64,000 bases of DNA from Burkholderiaceae bacterium (GCA_040381175.1 JBEIHU010000001.1:20-64019); one strand, 5' to 3'. Counted from the stretch's first letter, positions 1-9,702 are shown. The notes: generated by a model not told the origin, from the letters alone. A program made the numbers and translations.

Positions 1-141
1 GTTCGCAACGACCTGACCGACCATCGGTCCGGTGCATTGGTGTAGCTCGGCACGCCTGCGGCGTGCAACCTACGTCATTGCAGGGGATGGGCCACCCGAA
101 CTTGCGAAGCCATTCTGTCTAGCCTGCACGCGGCCGACCGC

Positions 142-543
142 TCATTCGCGCTGGCGGTTCAGCGCGTCGATCTGGCGGTTCAGCGTCCAGTAGTCGTACA
201 GGTAGCCCAGGCCCAGTAGGCCCAGGCTCAGCAGGTACAGGATGCCGGTGAGCCACTTGCCCATGTACATGCGGTGCACGCCGAACAGGCCGAGGAAGGT
301 GAGCAGGATCCAGGCCACCGAGTAGTTGACGCTCCCGCCCTGGAAGCGCAAGTCGGCCTGCCGGTCCATGCCCGGGATCAGGAGCAGGTCGATCAGCCAG
401 CCGATGCCCAGCAGGCCGAGCGTGAAGAACCAGATCGTGCCGGTGACCGGCTTGCCGTAGTAGAAGCGGTGCGATCCGGTGAAGCCGAAGATCCACAGCA
501 GGTAGCCGATGGTCTTGGAATGGGTGTCGCTCGTCTGCGCCAT
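142..543 (-). CDS. TM2 domain (NINE) membrane protein
   Basis: Two TM2-like repeats (GFTGSHRFYYGK, GLFGVHRMYMGK) with hydrophobic helices. Confidence 0.85.
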   Translation of the reverse strand: MAQTSDTHSKTIGYLLWIFGFTGSHRFYYGKPVTGTIWFFTLGLLGIGWLIDLLLIPGMDRQADLRFQGGSVNYSVAWILLTFLGLFGVHRMYMGKWLTGILYLLSLGLLGLGYLYDYWTLNRQIDALNRQRE

Positions 544-567
544 GCGTGCTGCTCCTTCGAACCTTGT

Positions 568-1551
568 TCAGCGGCCGGTGAGCAGGTCTTCGATGGTCTG
601 CTGCACGGCCAGCGCCTCTGCAAAGCCTGGCAGGGCATGGGCGCGGCCCTCGATCAGCGCCACCCACTGCTCCAGCTGCGCGGCCTGGCCGGCGGCGCGC
701 ATCGCCGCAGCGTCGCCCACCGCCACCCAGTCCTGGCCGCCGCGCCGGCGGCTCAGCCCAAACCACTCGCGCAACTCGATCGCACCGTCGCTGCCCTGCC
801 AGCGCATGCGGTTGTGGTCCGCCGGCGCCAGCGCGGCGTCGACCCGGCCATCGCTGGACACCGGCACGCCGCCGGCCAGCAGGCGGGCCTGCAGCGCGGT
901 TTCCGCGCCGAGGCCGTTGCCGGGGTAGTCCACCGTGCTGGCCAGCACGCTGGCCGGCCCGAGCACGCGCTGCAGCACGAAGATGAAGTGCGACAGCACC
1001 TCTCGCGCGAAGCCGCCCTCGACGCGCTGCGCCAGCCAGGGCCCGGCCGCCGCCTGCCAGGGCCGCGGCCACGCGGTAAAGGCCAGTTCGATGTCCACCT
1101 GCTGCAGCCGGCCCAGCCCATGCGCGCCGGCGCCGCAGGCCTGCTGCAGCGCCTGCAGCCCCGGCGACGAGGCCAGCGAGAAGTTGACCGCGGCGCGCAG
1201 CCCTTCGCGCCCGATGCGCTCGATGCAGCGCCGCGCGGCCTCGAAGTCCACCGTCAGCGGCTTTTCGCACAGCACCGCCAGGCCGACATCGAAGGCCGCC
1301 TCGCTCAGCGCCAGGTGTGCCGCCGGCGGCGTGGCGATGTACAGGCCGTGCAGGCCCGGGGTGGCGATCAGCTGCTCGGCGTTGTCGGCGGCGCGCAGGG
1401 CCGGGCGCGCCGCCAGCGTGCGCCCAAGCGCCGCGACATCGGCGTCCCAGACGCCGGCGGCGCGCAGGCGCGGGTGGGCCTCGATGCGCTCCAGCATGCG
1501 CTGGCCCATCACGCCAAGGCCGACGATGCCGATGTTCAATGGGGTGCTCAT
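568..1551 (-). CDS. Gfo/Idh/MocA family oxidoreductase
   Basis: Start MSTPLNIGIVGLGVMG (Rossmann fold), YIATPP, CEKP motif. Confidence 0.85.
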   Translation of the reverse strand: MSTPLNIGIVGLGVMGQRMLERIEAHPRLRAAGVWDADVAALGRTLAARPALRAADNAEQLIATPGLHGLYIATPPAAHLALSEAAFDVGLAVLCEKPLTVDFEAARRCIERIGREGLRAAVNFSLASSPGLQALQQACGAGAHGLGRLQQVDIELAFTAWPRPWQAAAGPWLAQRVEGGFAREVLSHFIFVLQRVLGPASVLASTVDYPGNGLGAETALQARLLAGGVPVSSDGRVDAALAPADHNRMRWQGSDGAIELREWFGLSRRRGGQDWVAVGDAAAMRAAGQAAQLEQWVALIEGRAHALPGFAEALAVQQTIEDLLTGR

Positions 1552-1617
1552 GGGTGGGGCTGCAAAGACCGCGCAGCGCGTCAGTGTAGGGGGCGGCCCG
1601 CACAATCGCCGCCAGCC

Positions 1618-2343
1618 ATGTCCACCCCCGACCATCCTGCACGCGCGCTGCATTCGCTGCCCGACGGCTACCGCGCCGTGGTCATCGGCGCGCGTGGCGC
1701 GCTCGGCAGCGCCTTCGTGCAGCAACTTCAGGCCGACCCGCGTTGCGCCAGCGTGGCAGGGCTGCACCGGGCCTCGGTGCCGGCCATCGACTACGGGCGC
1801 GACGGCAGCGTCGCCGACGCCGCGGCCGCCTTGCGCGGCGACGGGCCCTTCCACTTGGTGCTGGTGGCCACCGGCGTGCTGCACGGCCCGGCGCTGACGC
1901 CGGAAAAGCGCCTGACCGACCTCGACGCCGCGGCACTGGCCGAGCTGTTGCACACCAACACCATCGGCCCGGCACTGGTGCTGAGGCACTTCGCGCCGCT
2001 GCTCGACCGCCAGCGCAGCCTGCTCGGCGTGCTGTCGGCCAAGGTGGGCAGCATCGGCGACAACCGGCTCGGCGGCTGGTACGGCTACCGCGCGTCGAAG
2101 GCGGCGCTGAACATGCTGCTGAAGACCGCGGCCATCGAGCTGCGCCGCACCCATCCCGGCGCAGTGCTGGCCGCGCTGCACCCGGGCACGGTGCGCTCGG
2201 CGCTGTCGCGGCCCTTCCGCGGCGACCAGATCGGCCGCGAGCCGGCGCAGGCCGCGGCCGAACTGCTGGCCGTGCTGGACGGGCTGCAGCCCGAGGACAG
2301 CGGCGCCTTCGTGGCCTACAGCGGCGAGCGCCTGCCCTGGTGA
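1618..2343 (+). CDS. SDR family oxidoreductase (C-factor/CsgA-like)
   Basis: GARGALG, SAKVGSIGDNRLGGWYGYRASK (YxxxK), LHPGTV. Confidence 0.85.
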   Translation: MSTPDHPARALHSLPDGYRAVVIGARGALGSAFVQQLQADPRCASVAGLHRASVPAIDYGRDGSVADAAAALRGDGPFHLVLVATGVLHGPALTPEKRLTDLDAAALAELLHTNTIGPALVLRHFAPLLDRQRSLLGVLSAKVGSIGDNRLGGWYGYRASKAALNMLLKTAAIELRRTHPGAVLAALHPGTVRSALSRPFRGDQIGREPAQAAAELLAVLDGLQPEDSGAFVAYSGERLPW

Positions 2344-2344
2344 G

Positions 2345-2803
2345 TCAGGCGCCGTCGCGGGCGCGCATCTTGGCGTGGATGTAGGCGCCGTGCGGCACGT
2401 GCAGCAGGTCCGACAGCCGCCACAGCGTGTGGCGCTCGTGCTCGCTGAGGTGGCCATCGGCATAGGCCACGCGCCACATGTATTCGACCATGCGGATCTT
2501 GGCCGGCATGTCGAAATGGGCGTTGATGTGCGAGGTGAACTCGAACCAGTCAGTCGCATCGCGCCGCGCCTGCTCGGCCAGATCGATCAGCCGCGCGGTC
2601 TCGTCGTCGGCCAGCGCGAACTTGGCGCGCAGCGCATCGATCACCGCGCGCCGCTCGGCGGCGTCGAAGTGGGTGTCCGCGCGCATCACCTCGATCAGCA
2701 TCACCGCGGTGGCCAGCTGCAGCGTGTGCTCCGCGGCCTGCGCGCCGGCCGCCGCCGAGGGCGGCTGCAGCGCGCCGAACAGTTCCTTCAGGGTTTGCAG
2801 CAT
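2345..2803 (-). CDS. TerB family tellurite resistance protein
   Basis: EVMRAD...E and VAYADGHLSEHE, the paired TerB motifs. Confidence 0.8.
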   Translation of the reverse strand: MLQTLKELFGALQPPSAAAGAQAAEHTLQLATAVMLIEVMRADTHFDAAERRAVIDALRAKFALADDETARLIDLAEQARRDATDWFEFTSHINAHFDMPAKIRMVEYMWRVAYADGHLSEHERHTLWRLSDLLHVPHGAYIHAKMRARDGA

Positions 2804-2875
2804 GGGGGTCTTTTGGGAGGGGTCAAGTGCGGGGGTGCTCTCGCAGGCACACTGGCGCATTGTCCGGTGCCTGCC

Positions 2876-4372
2876 ATGCCTGCCCACTTCATCTTCGACA
2901 ACAGTTACGCCCGCGAGCTCGAAGGCCTGTATGTGGCCTGGCCGCCCGCCAAGGTGCCCGAGCCGCGGCTGCTGTTCCTGAACCGCGATCTTGCCACCGA
3001 GCTGGGCCTGCAGACGGCCGCGCTCGACAGCGTCGAAGGCGCCGAGGTCTTTGCCGGCAACCGCGTGCCCGAAGGCGCCGCGCCGCTGGCCCAGGCCTAT
3101 GCCGGCCACCAGTTCGGCAGCTTCTCCGGGCAGCTGGGCGACGGGCGCGCCCTGCTGCTCGGCGAGGTCATCGACCGCCGCGGCCGGCGCCGCGACATCG
3201 CCTTCAAGGGCAGCGGGCGCACGCCTTTTTCGCGCGGCGGCGACGGCAAGGCCGCCGTGGGCCCGATGCTGCGCGAGGTGCTGATTGGCGAGTCGATGCA
3301 CGCGCTGGGCATCCCGACCACGCGCGCGCTGGCCGTGGCAGCCACCGGCGAGACGGTGCAGCGCGACAGCGTGCTGCCCGGCGCGGTGCTCACCCGCGTG
3401 GCCGCCAGCCACCTGCGCGTCGGCACCTTCCAGCTGTTTGCCGCGCGCGGCGAACTCGACAAGCTGCGCCGGCTGGCCGACTACAGCATCGCCCGGCACG
3501 ACCCGGCGCTGGCCGGCACGCCGCAGCGCCACGCGGCACTGCTGCGCGCGGTGGCCGAGCGCCAGGCGGCGCTGCTGGCGCAGTGGATGAACGTCGGCTT
3601 CATCCACGGCGTGATGAACACCGACAACATGACGATCTCCGGCGAGAGCATCGACTACGGCCCCTGCGCGTTCATGGAGGCCTACGACCCGGCGGCTGTC
3701 TTCAGCAGCATCGACCGCCAGGGCCGCTATGCCTTCGTCAACCAGCCGCAGATCGCGCGCTGGAACCTGGCCCGTCTGGCCGAGACCCTGCTGCCGCTGA
3801 TGGCCGCCGCGGACGACGAAGCCGCCGTCCAGCGCGCGGTGGCCCAGCTCACCGAGGTGATCGACGCCTTTCCCGCCTGGTACCAGGCCGCGCGGCTGCG
3901 CGGCCAGCGTGCCAAGCTGGGCTTGCAGCGGGCCGACGACGACGCGGGCGACAGCGCGTTGGCCGAGGACTTCCTTGCGCTGCTGCACGCGCAGCAGGTC
4001 GACCACACGCTGGCGTGGCGGCAGCTGGCCGATGCCGCGGCCGGCGACGACGCTGCGCTGCGCCGGCTGTTCGGAGAGCCGCAGGCGCTCGATGCCTGGC
4101 TGGCGCGCTGGCACGCGCGCGGCGCGGCCGAGCCGCTGCCGGCTGCGCCGCGCGCCGCGCTGATGCGCTTGGTCAACCCACGGGTGATCGCGCGCAACCA
4201 CCGGGTCGAGGAAGCGCTGGCCGCGGCCTCCGACGCTGCCGACCTCGGCCCCTTCGAGCGGCTGCTGGCCGCGCTGCGCCGGCCCTTCGACGACACGCCC
4301 GAGCACGCGGCCTATGCCGAGCCGGCGCCAGCGGCGGTGACGGCCTGCTACCGCACCTTCTGCGGCACCTGA
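2876..4372 (+). CDS. selO: Protein adenylyltransferase SelO (YdiU)
   Basis: YAGHQFG, QLGDGRA, KGSGRTPFSRGGDG, GFIHGVMNTDN, IDYGP; C-terminal TFCGT. Confidence 0.93.
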   Translation: MPAHFIFDNSYARELEGLYVAWPPAKVPEPRLLFLNRDLATELGLQTAALDSVEGAEVFAGNRVPEGAAPLAQAYAGHQFGSFSGQLGDGRALLLGEVIDRRGRRRDIAFKGSGRTPFSRGGDGKAAVGPMLREVLIGESMHALGIPTTRALAVAATGETVQRDSVLPGAVLTRVAASHLRVGTFQLFAARGELDKLRRLADYSIARHDPALAGTPQRHAALLRAVAERQAALLAQWMNVGFIHGVMNTDNMTISGESIDYGPCAFMEAYDPAAVFSSIDRQGRYAFVNQPQIARWNLARLAETLLPLMAAADDEAAVQRAVAQLTEVIDAFPAWYQAARLRGQRAKLGLQRADDDAGDSALAEDFLALLHAQQVDHTLAWRQLADAAAGDDAALRRLFGEPQALDAWLARWHARGAAEPLPAAPRAALMRLVNPRVIARNHRVEEALAAASDAADLGPFERLLAALRRPFDDTPEHAAYAEPAPAAVTACYRTFCGT

Positions 4373-4461
4373 AGCGCGGCCGCCGCCGCGCGGCGGTCCG
4401 GCGCCGGGCTGTTCGGGCTCAAGCAAGCGCCGCCGGTGCCGGGAACGGCCGAAGCGGTTTT

Positions 4462-5346
4462 CTAGGACGGCGGGCTGACGTCACGCGGCAGCGCAGCACC
4501 ACCCGCGCGGCCGTTGCGCAGATCGTCCAGGTACAGCGCCTCCAGCTCGCGCGCCGCGGCGAGCTGCGCACGCTCCAGCGGGCGGGTGTGCAGCGCCGAA
4601 CGCAGCACGAACAGCCAGCGCAACCAGCCGGGCACGAAGACCCTGCGCCGCCTGTGCAGCAGGCCGGCAGCGATCAGCGGCGCAGCCAGCTGCAGCGGGG
4701 TCTCGCGCTGCATCGGGCCGGCCATGCCCTGGCGCAGCCGCGCGAAGGCCAGACTGTCGCGCCCGCGCTCGACCATCGGCGTGCTCACCCACAGCGGATG
4801 GATGCAGCTGACACCCACGCCGTGATGCTCGAGTTCGATGCGCCAGCTGTCGCACATGGCCTCGGCCGCGGCCTTGGACGCGGCATAAGCGCTCATCGCC
4901 GGCGCATGGCCCAGGCTGGCGGCCGAGGCACTGACCGCAATGTGGCCGCGCCGCGCAATCAGCTGCGGCAGCGCCGCCTGCACGGTGTGCAGCACGCCGA
5001 ACACGTTGACCTGCAGCACCTGCATCCACTCGGCGGCATTGGCGTGGCGCAGCGGGGCCAGCGCACCGACGCCGGCATTGGCCCAGCACAGGTCGATGCC
5101 GCCGAAGCACTGCACGGCCTGCTCGACGGCGCGGGCGCAGTCTTCGGGGCGGGTCACGTCACCGGCCACGGCGAGCACCTCGCCTGCGCCGAGCCGGACC
5201 GCGGCCGCGCTCAGCGCCGGCTCGGCCAGGTCCATCAGCACCAGCTTCATGCCGCGGCGCTGCAGCAGTTCGGCCACCGCCAGGCCGATGCCGCTGGCGC
5301 CGCCAGTGATGAAGGCCACGCGGCCGGCAGCGTCAACGCCTGCCAT
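4462..5346 (-). CDS. SDR family oxidoreductase
   Basis: TGGASGIG, NAG, YAASK; ATG at 5346 taken as start. Confidence 0.85.
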   Translation of the reverse strand: MAGVDAAGRVAFITGGASGIGLAVAELLQRRGMKLVLMDLAEPALSAAAVRLGAGEVLAVAGDVTRPEDCARAVEQAVQCFGGIDLCWANAGVGALAPLRHANAAEWMQVLQVNVFGVLHTVQAALPQLIARRGHIAVSASAASLGHAPAMSAYAASKAAAEAMCDSWRIELEHHGVGVSCIHPLWVSTPMVERGRDSLAFARLRQGMAGPMQRETPLQLAAPLIAAGLLHRRRRVFVPGWLRWLFVLRSALHTRPLERAQLAAARELEALYLDDLRNGRAGGAALPRDVSPPS

Positions 5347-5584
5347 CGCGTCGCGCGCCGCCAGGGTATCGAGTACGCCGGCCAGAGGCTGCCCGAGCAC
5401 CGCTTCGAGGAGGGCAGCCGACGAATTCGGCGGTTTTGCCGCTGGCCTGCAGCAGCAGGCGCCCGCCCTCGGGCTGCATCGGAGGCGGCCCGGCGTGCGG
5501 CTGGACCGTGCCGATCTGGCGAATGGGCGCGGGGACGCACTCGCGCCACGCCTGTTCGAACTGCTCGGCATTCAAGGTCGGCAT
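5347..5584 (-). pseudogene. Probable bacteriophytochrome N-terminal (PAS_2) remnant
   Basis: Reads ECVPAPIRQIGTVQPHAG...GRLLLQASGKTAEFVGCP, then after a +1 shift LEAVLGQPLAGVL; resembles the CxxEPIHxxGxIQPHG...LQASxN...LLGxPL pattern. Confidence 0.5.
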
Positions 5585-5764
5585 CGGCTGTCCATCCATT
5601 TGATTCGGCAGCTTGAAGCCGGGATTATCTGCCGCGCGTCCCCGGCCCCTGCCGGTACGGGCCTGCCGCAGCGCCGCCCCGCGCAGCTCGCCGCGCGCAG
5701 CCCGTGCCGCCCGGCCGCCGGTGTCCGCCGGTGTCCGGCGCTGCGCTGCTACACTCAAGTTAGC

Positions 5765-5925
5765 TCTTGTTGGGGAGTAGCCAGCGGAGCCGGCGCCAGG
5801 ATTTCGGGCGCGGGTCCGCTGCAGCGTCGTCAATACGGCCGCAGTGCGCTGCACTTCGATCCGGCGCTGCAGGCCGCGATACCGGTCATCGACCGCGCGA
5901 TCGCCGGCACGGCAAGACCAGCCTT
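5765..5925 (+). ncRNA. yybP-ykoY (Mn2+) riboswitch
   Basis: GGGGAGTAGC (5772), CGTCGTCAATAC (5825), GGCAAGACC (5911) in order, upstream of a TerC/Alx gene; ends approximate. Confidence 0.8.
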
Positions 5926-6005
5926 GGGTCCTTGACGTCATCGCGACGTTCGCCGAACAGCGAACGGCGCGGCGGCGCCGTGCAACTCAGATCGAAAAGG
6001 CTGTC

Positions 6006-7016
6006 ATGCAATCCATCGGTTCGCCCCTCATGTGGTCCTTGTTCGCGGCGTTCGTGCTCGTCGCGCTGCTGGTCGACTTCTTCGCGATGAGCAAGCAGGG
6101 CGCGCACCGCGTCAGCACTCGCGAGGCGACCATCTGGTCGCTGGTCTGGGTCAGCGTGTCGTTCGTCTTCATGGGCTGGCTGTGGTGGCACCTGGGTGGC
6201 GCCGGCACGGACGAGGCCGCGCGCGAGCTGGCCAACACCAAGTCGCTGGAGTTCCTGACCGGCTACCTGATCGAGAAGGCGCTGGCCGTCGACAACATCT
6301 TCGTCTTCCTGATGCTGTTCACCTACTTCGCGGTGCCGGCGGAGTTCCAGAAGCGCGTGCTGATGATCGGCATCGTCGGCGCGCTGGTGCTGCGCGCGGT
6401 GATGATCCTGGTCGGCGCCTGGCTGATCACGCAGTTCCACTGGATCCTGTACGTGTTCGGCGCCTTCTTGCTGTTCACCGGCATCAAGATGTGGTGGGCG
6501 GCCGGCCAGGAGCCCGACCTGGACAACAACCCGGCGCTGAACTGGGTGCGGGGCCGCTTCAAGATCTCCCCCAACTATGATGGCGAGAAGTTCTTCACCG
6601 TGGTCGACGGCGTGAAGATGGCAACGCCGCTGCTGGTGGTGATCCTGCTGATCGGCATCGTCGACATCGTCTTCGCCGTCGATTCGATTCCGGCCATCTT
6701 CGCGATCACCACCGACCCGTTCATCGTGCTGACCTCCAACGTGTTCGCGATCCTCGGCCTGCGCGCGATGTACTTCCTGCTGGCCAACATGCACGATCGC
6801 TTCCACCTGCTCAGCTACGGCTTGGCGATCATCCTGGTGTTCATCGGCACGAAGATGCTGCTGATCGACATCTACAAGATCCCGGTGGCCTATTCGCTCG
6901 GGTTCACCGCGCTGACGCTGGTGGTGACGATGATCCTTTCGCTGAAGATCCCGGCGCCCGTGGGCAAGCCCGCTGGCGCGTACCCGTTCGGCTCCAAGAA
7001 GAGAAAGGACGATTGA
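6006..7016 (+). CDS. TerC family membrane protein (Alx-like, Mn homeostasis)
   Basis: GYLIEKALAVDNIFVF, DIVFAVDSIPAIFAIT, SNVFAILGLRAMYF. Confidence 0.9.
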   Translation: MQSIGSPLMWSLFAAFVLVALLVDFFAMSKQGAHRVSTREATIWSLVWVSVSFVFMGWLWWHLGGAGTDEAARELANTKSLEFLTGYLIEKALAVDNIFVFLMLFTYFAVPAEFQKRVLMIGIVGALVLRAVMILVGAWLITQFHWILYVFGAFLLFTGIKMWWAAGQEPDLDNNPALNWVRGRFKISPNYDGEKFFTVVDGVKMATPLLVVILLIGIVDIVFAVDSIPAIFAITTDPFIVLTSNVFAILGLRAMYFLLANMHDRFHLLSYGLAIILVFIGTKMLLIDIYKIPVAYSLGFTALTLVVTMILSLKIPAPVGKPAGAYPFGSKKRKDD

Positions 7017-7453
7017 GCACCGGCCGCTCGGCCGGGCCGCCGAGGCAGCCCCTGCCGCGGCTCGGGATGGCCGCGGCCTGGAACGCGGCCGTCTTCAGCC
7101 AGTCTGCCTGAAGGCCAACAGCGCCTGGTTGCGCGAGGTGCGCAGCAGGGCCAGCTCCCTCTCAACCAGCTCCAGGCTGCCGCGGGTGGGCATGTCGCCC
7201 TCGCAGCGAACGCGCTGCCGAGCGAAACGCTCGAAACCGGCAGGTTCGGCGAGCGCGGCAGTCCGGCCCGGCCCAGGGTGGGTGGTGATTGCCACGGGCA
7301 GGCCGAGTGGAGCGCGTGCGCGGCGGGCGGCACCGCGTCGAAGAGGCGGCTGTTTTCGGCGGCACTCGGCGACACAGCTGGCACGGTGCAAACTACGGCC
7401 AGCCCAAGCCTGCGGCCGGTACGCCAGACGACCGGCAACTCCAATGCATCAGG

Positions 7454-7530
7454 TGGTAGGCCGTGTTGGACTTGAACCAACGACCAAAGGATTATGAGTC
7501 CTCTGCTCTGACCAACTGAGCTAACGGCCC
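7454..7530 (-). tRNA. tRNA-Ile2 (anticodon CAT, lysidine-modified)
   Basis: GGGCCGTTAGCTCAGTTGG...GACTCATAATC...GGTTCAAGTCC...CGGCCTACCA; cloverleaf with encoded CCA; resembles ileX-type rather than Met tRNAs. Confidence 0.85.
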
Positions 7531-7649
7531 ACTGACAACAGTCACGGATTGTGCCCTCCGCGCAGCCCGAGTTCGCTTCGCTGTCGAGCCCACCTCGACG
7601 CCCGCGGCCGCGGCCCGTTCATCGACACTCGCTGGCGCACAATGCCGCC

Positions 7650-9668
7650 ATGGGTTGGTGGTCTGCCGCGCACGCTGTGTTTCTCGCCGAATGGGGCTTG
7701 CTGCAGCGGCATCGCAAGCTGGCATGGGCCTTTGCCGGCCTGCTTTTCGTGCCGGCGCTGTACGCGCTGATCTTTCTCTATGCGATGTGGGATCCGGCGG
7801 CGCACACCCGTGCGCTGCCAGCCGGTCTGCTGAACCTGGATAGCGGTGCGAGCTACCGGGAGCGCGAGCTGAACCTGGGCCGCGACGTTCTGGGGGCCAT
7901 CGAACGCCAGGGACAGTTCGCCTACCGCCGCTACATCGACCGCGAGGCCGCGCGTGCCGACGTGCGCCAGGGCCGCCTGGCCTTCCTGCTGGAAATCCCT
8001 CAGGATTTCAGCCAGCGGGCGCTGCCCGGCGAACAGCCGGGTGCCGCCAAGCTCACGCTTTACACCAGCGAAGGCAACAACTACAGCAGCGCCGCGTTTG
8101 CGCGCCGCTTTGCGCCCGAGGTGGCGCAGCGCGTGAACACCATGCTCGGCGAAGCGCGCTGGGAGCTGGTGCTGAGCACTGCAGCCGGTTCGCAGAAGAC
8201 CCTGGAGAGCCTGCACGCCGCCCTGGCCGGCCTGCACGCCGGCGCCGGCGAGTTGAGGCTGAAGCTGGACGTCGCGCGCGAGGGCACGGGCCAACTGTCG
8301 CTGGGCGCGAACCTGGCCGCCGACGCGGCCGCGCGGCAGCGCAGCGGCGCCAGCCAGCTTGCCGATGGCACACAGCAGGTCGCCAGCGGCGTGCGTCAGG
8401 CCGGTTTGGCGCTGCGCTCGCTCGACAGCCGGCGCCCGCCCGATGCCGATCTGCATCAGCTTCGGCAGGGCACACGCCTGCTGCTGGAGGGCCAACGCGA
8501 ACTCGGCCGCGGACTCGACGCGCTGGGCTTGGGCGCGGGCCAGTTGCAGGCTGGCGTCGGTCAGCTGAAGGCAGCCGCAAACGAGGTGCCGCTGTTCGGC
8601 AGCAAGCTGCTGGAAGGCATAGAGCCGATCGAGCTGGGCGCAAGCCAGCTCGGTCTGGGCCTGGGCCGCACCCAGGAGGGTCAGGCCCGGTTGACCCAGG
8701 CCGCGCTGCGCCTCGATGAGGAGCTGGCCACGCTGGTAGACGGCAGCATCGCCGCAGGCGCATCGGTCGGCACCTTGGCGGCACGTTGGCCCGATGACGC
8801 GCGCCTGGGCACGCTCGTGGAAGGTGCGCGCGAACTGGCCCGCAGCAGCGAGCAGCTGGCCGGCAGCCTGCGCCAGGCGGGCACCGGCGCCATGGTGCTG
8901 CACGATGGTCTGTCCATGCTCGGGGACGGGGCCCGCCGGCTGCACACCGGCCTCGAACTGGTGCGCAGCTCGCTGCCGGCCGCGGTGGACAGCCCCGGCG
9001 GCAGCGCCCAAGGGCTGGCACTGTCGGTGGAGCCGATGATCGAAATCGTGGCCCCGGTGCCCAACAACGGCATTGCGCTGACCCCCAACTTCGTGCCCAT
9101 GGCGCTGTGGGTGGGCGCGGTGATGACTGCGTTCCTGGTGCATTTCCGCCGCGTGCCCGAAGCGCTGGCGCCGCTGCCGCGCACCGCGCTGGCTGCAGGC
9201 AAGCTGGCGCTGCCTCTGGCTGCCGTGGTGCTGCAGGCACTGCTGATGCTGGCGATGCTGGTGGGCGTGCTGCACGTGCCGGTGCCGCAGCCGATGCCCT
9301 TTGCGGCCTTGCTTGTCGTGGCCTCGTGCACCTTCCTGGCCCTGGTGTGGGCGCTGGTGCGCGTGCTCGGCGATCTCGGCAAGGTGGTCGCCGTGCTGCT
9401 GTTGGTCGTGCAGGTTTCCGCTGCCGGAGCTCTGCTGCCCGTCGAGCTCAGTGACGAGGCTTTCCAGGCCATCCAACCCTACCTTCCGCTGACCTGGGTG
9501 GTGCACGCCTTCCGTGCGGTGCTCTTCGATGCATACGATGGCCAGTTTGCGCAGTCCTTCGCCGCCGTCGCCGCCGTCGGCATCGCGGCGGTGGTGCTCG
9601 GCACGCTGGCTGGCCGCTGGCGCGGGGTGCCGGCCGACCAATGGCGGCCGCCGCTGGACATAGAGTGA
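7650..9668 (+). CDS. YhgE/Pip family membrane protein
   Basis: N-terminal TM + WDP...LP..LLNLDSG, central xxxLxxG heptads, C-terminal VPNNG + 5 TMs with LPLTW. Confidence 0.85.
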   Translation: MGWWSAAHAVFLAEWGLLQRHRKLAWAFAGLLFVPALYALIFLYAMWDPAAHTRALPAGLLNLDSGASYRERELNLGRDVLGAIERQGQFAYRRYIDREAARADVRQGRLAFLLEIPQDFSQRALPGEQPGAAKLTLYTSEGNNYSSAAFARRFAPEVAQRVNTMLGEARWELVLSTAAGSQKTLESLHAALAGLHAGAGELRLKLDVAREGTGQLSLGANLAADAAARQRSGASQLADGTQQVASGVRQAGLALRSLDSRRPPDADLHQLRQGTRLLLEGQRELGRGLDALGLGAGQLQAGVGQLKAAANEVPLFGSKLLEGIEPIELGASQLGLGLGRTQEGQARLTQAALRLDEELATLVDGSIAAGASVGTLAARWPDDARLGTLVEGARELARSSEQLAGSLRQAGTGAMVLHDGLSMLGDGARRLHTGLELVRSSLPAAVDSPGGSAQGLALSVEPMIEIVAPVPNNGIALTPNFVPMALWVGAVMTAFLVHFRRVPEALAPLPRTALAAGKLALPLAAVVLQALLMLAMLVGVLHVPVPQPMPFAALLVVASCTFLALVWALVRVLGDLGKVVAVLLLVVQVSAAGALLPVELSDEAFQAIQPYLPLTWVVHAFRAVLFDAYDGQFAQSFAAVAAVGIAAVVLGTLAGRWRGVPADQWRPPLDIE

Positions 9669-9702
9669 CTCGTCGCCCGGGCCCGGCGCTGCGCAGGCAG
9701 CG

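Noticed and set aside
4355-4420. Selenocysteine read-through at the selO TGA
   Set aside because: The protein ends in the ordinary bacterial TFCGT motif with Cys; no convincing SECIS could be identified.
7454-9700. Genomic island at tRNA-Ile2 including the Pip gene
   Set aside because: No integrase or att repeat, and the Pip gene is on the tRNA 5' side.
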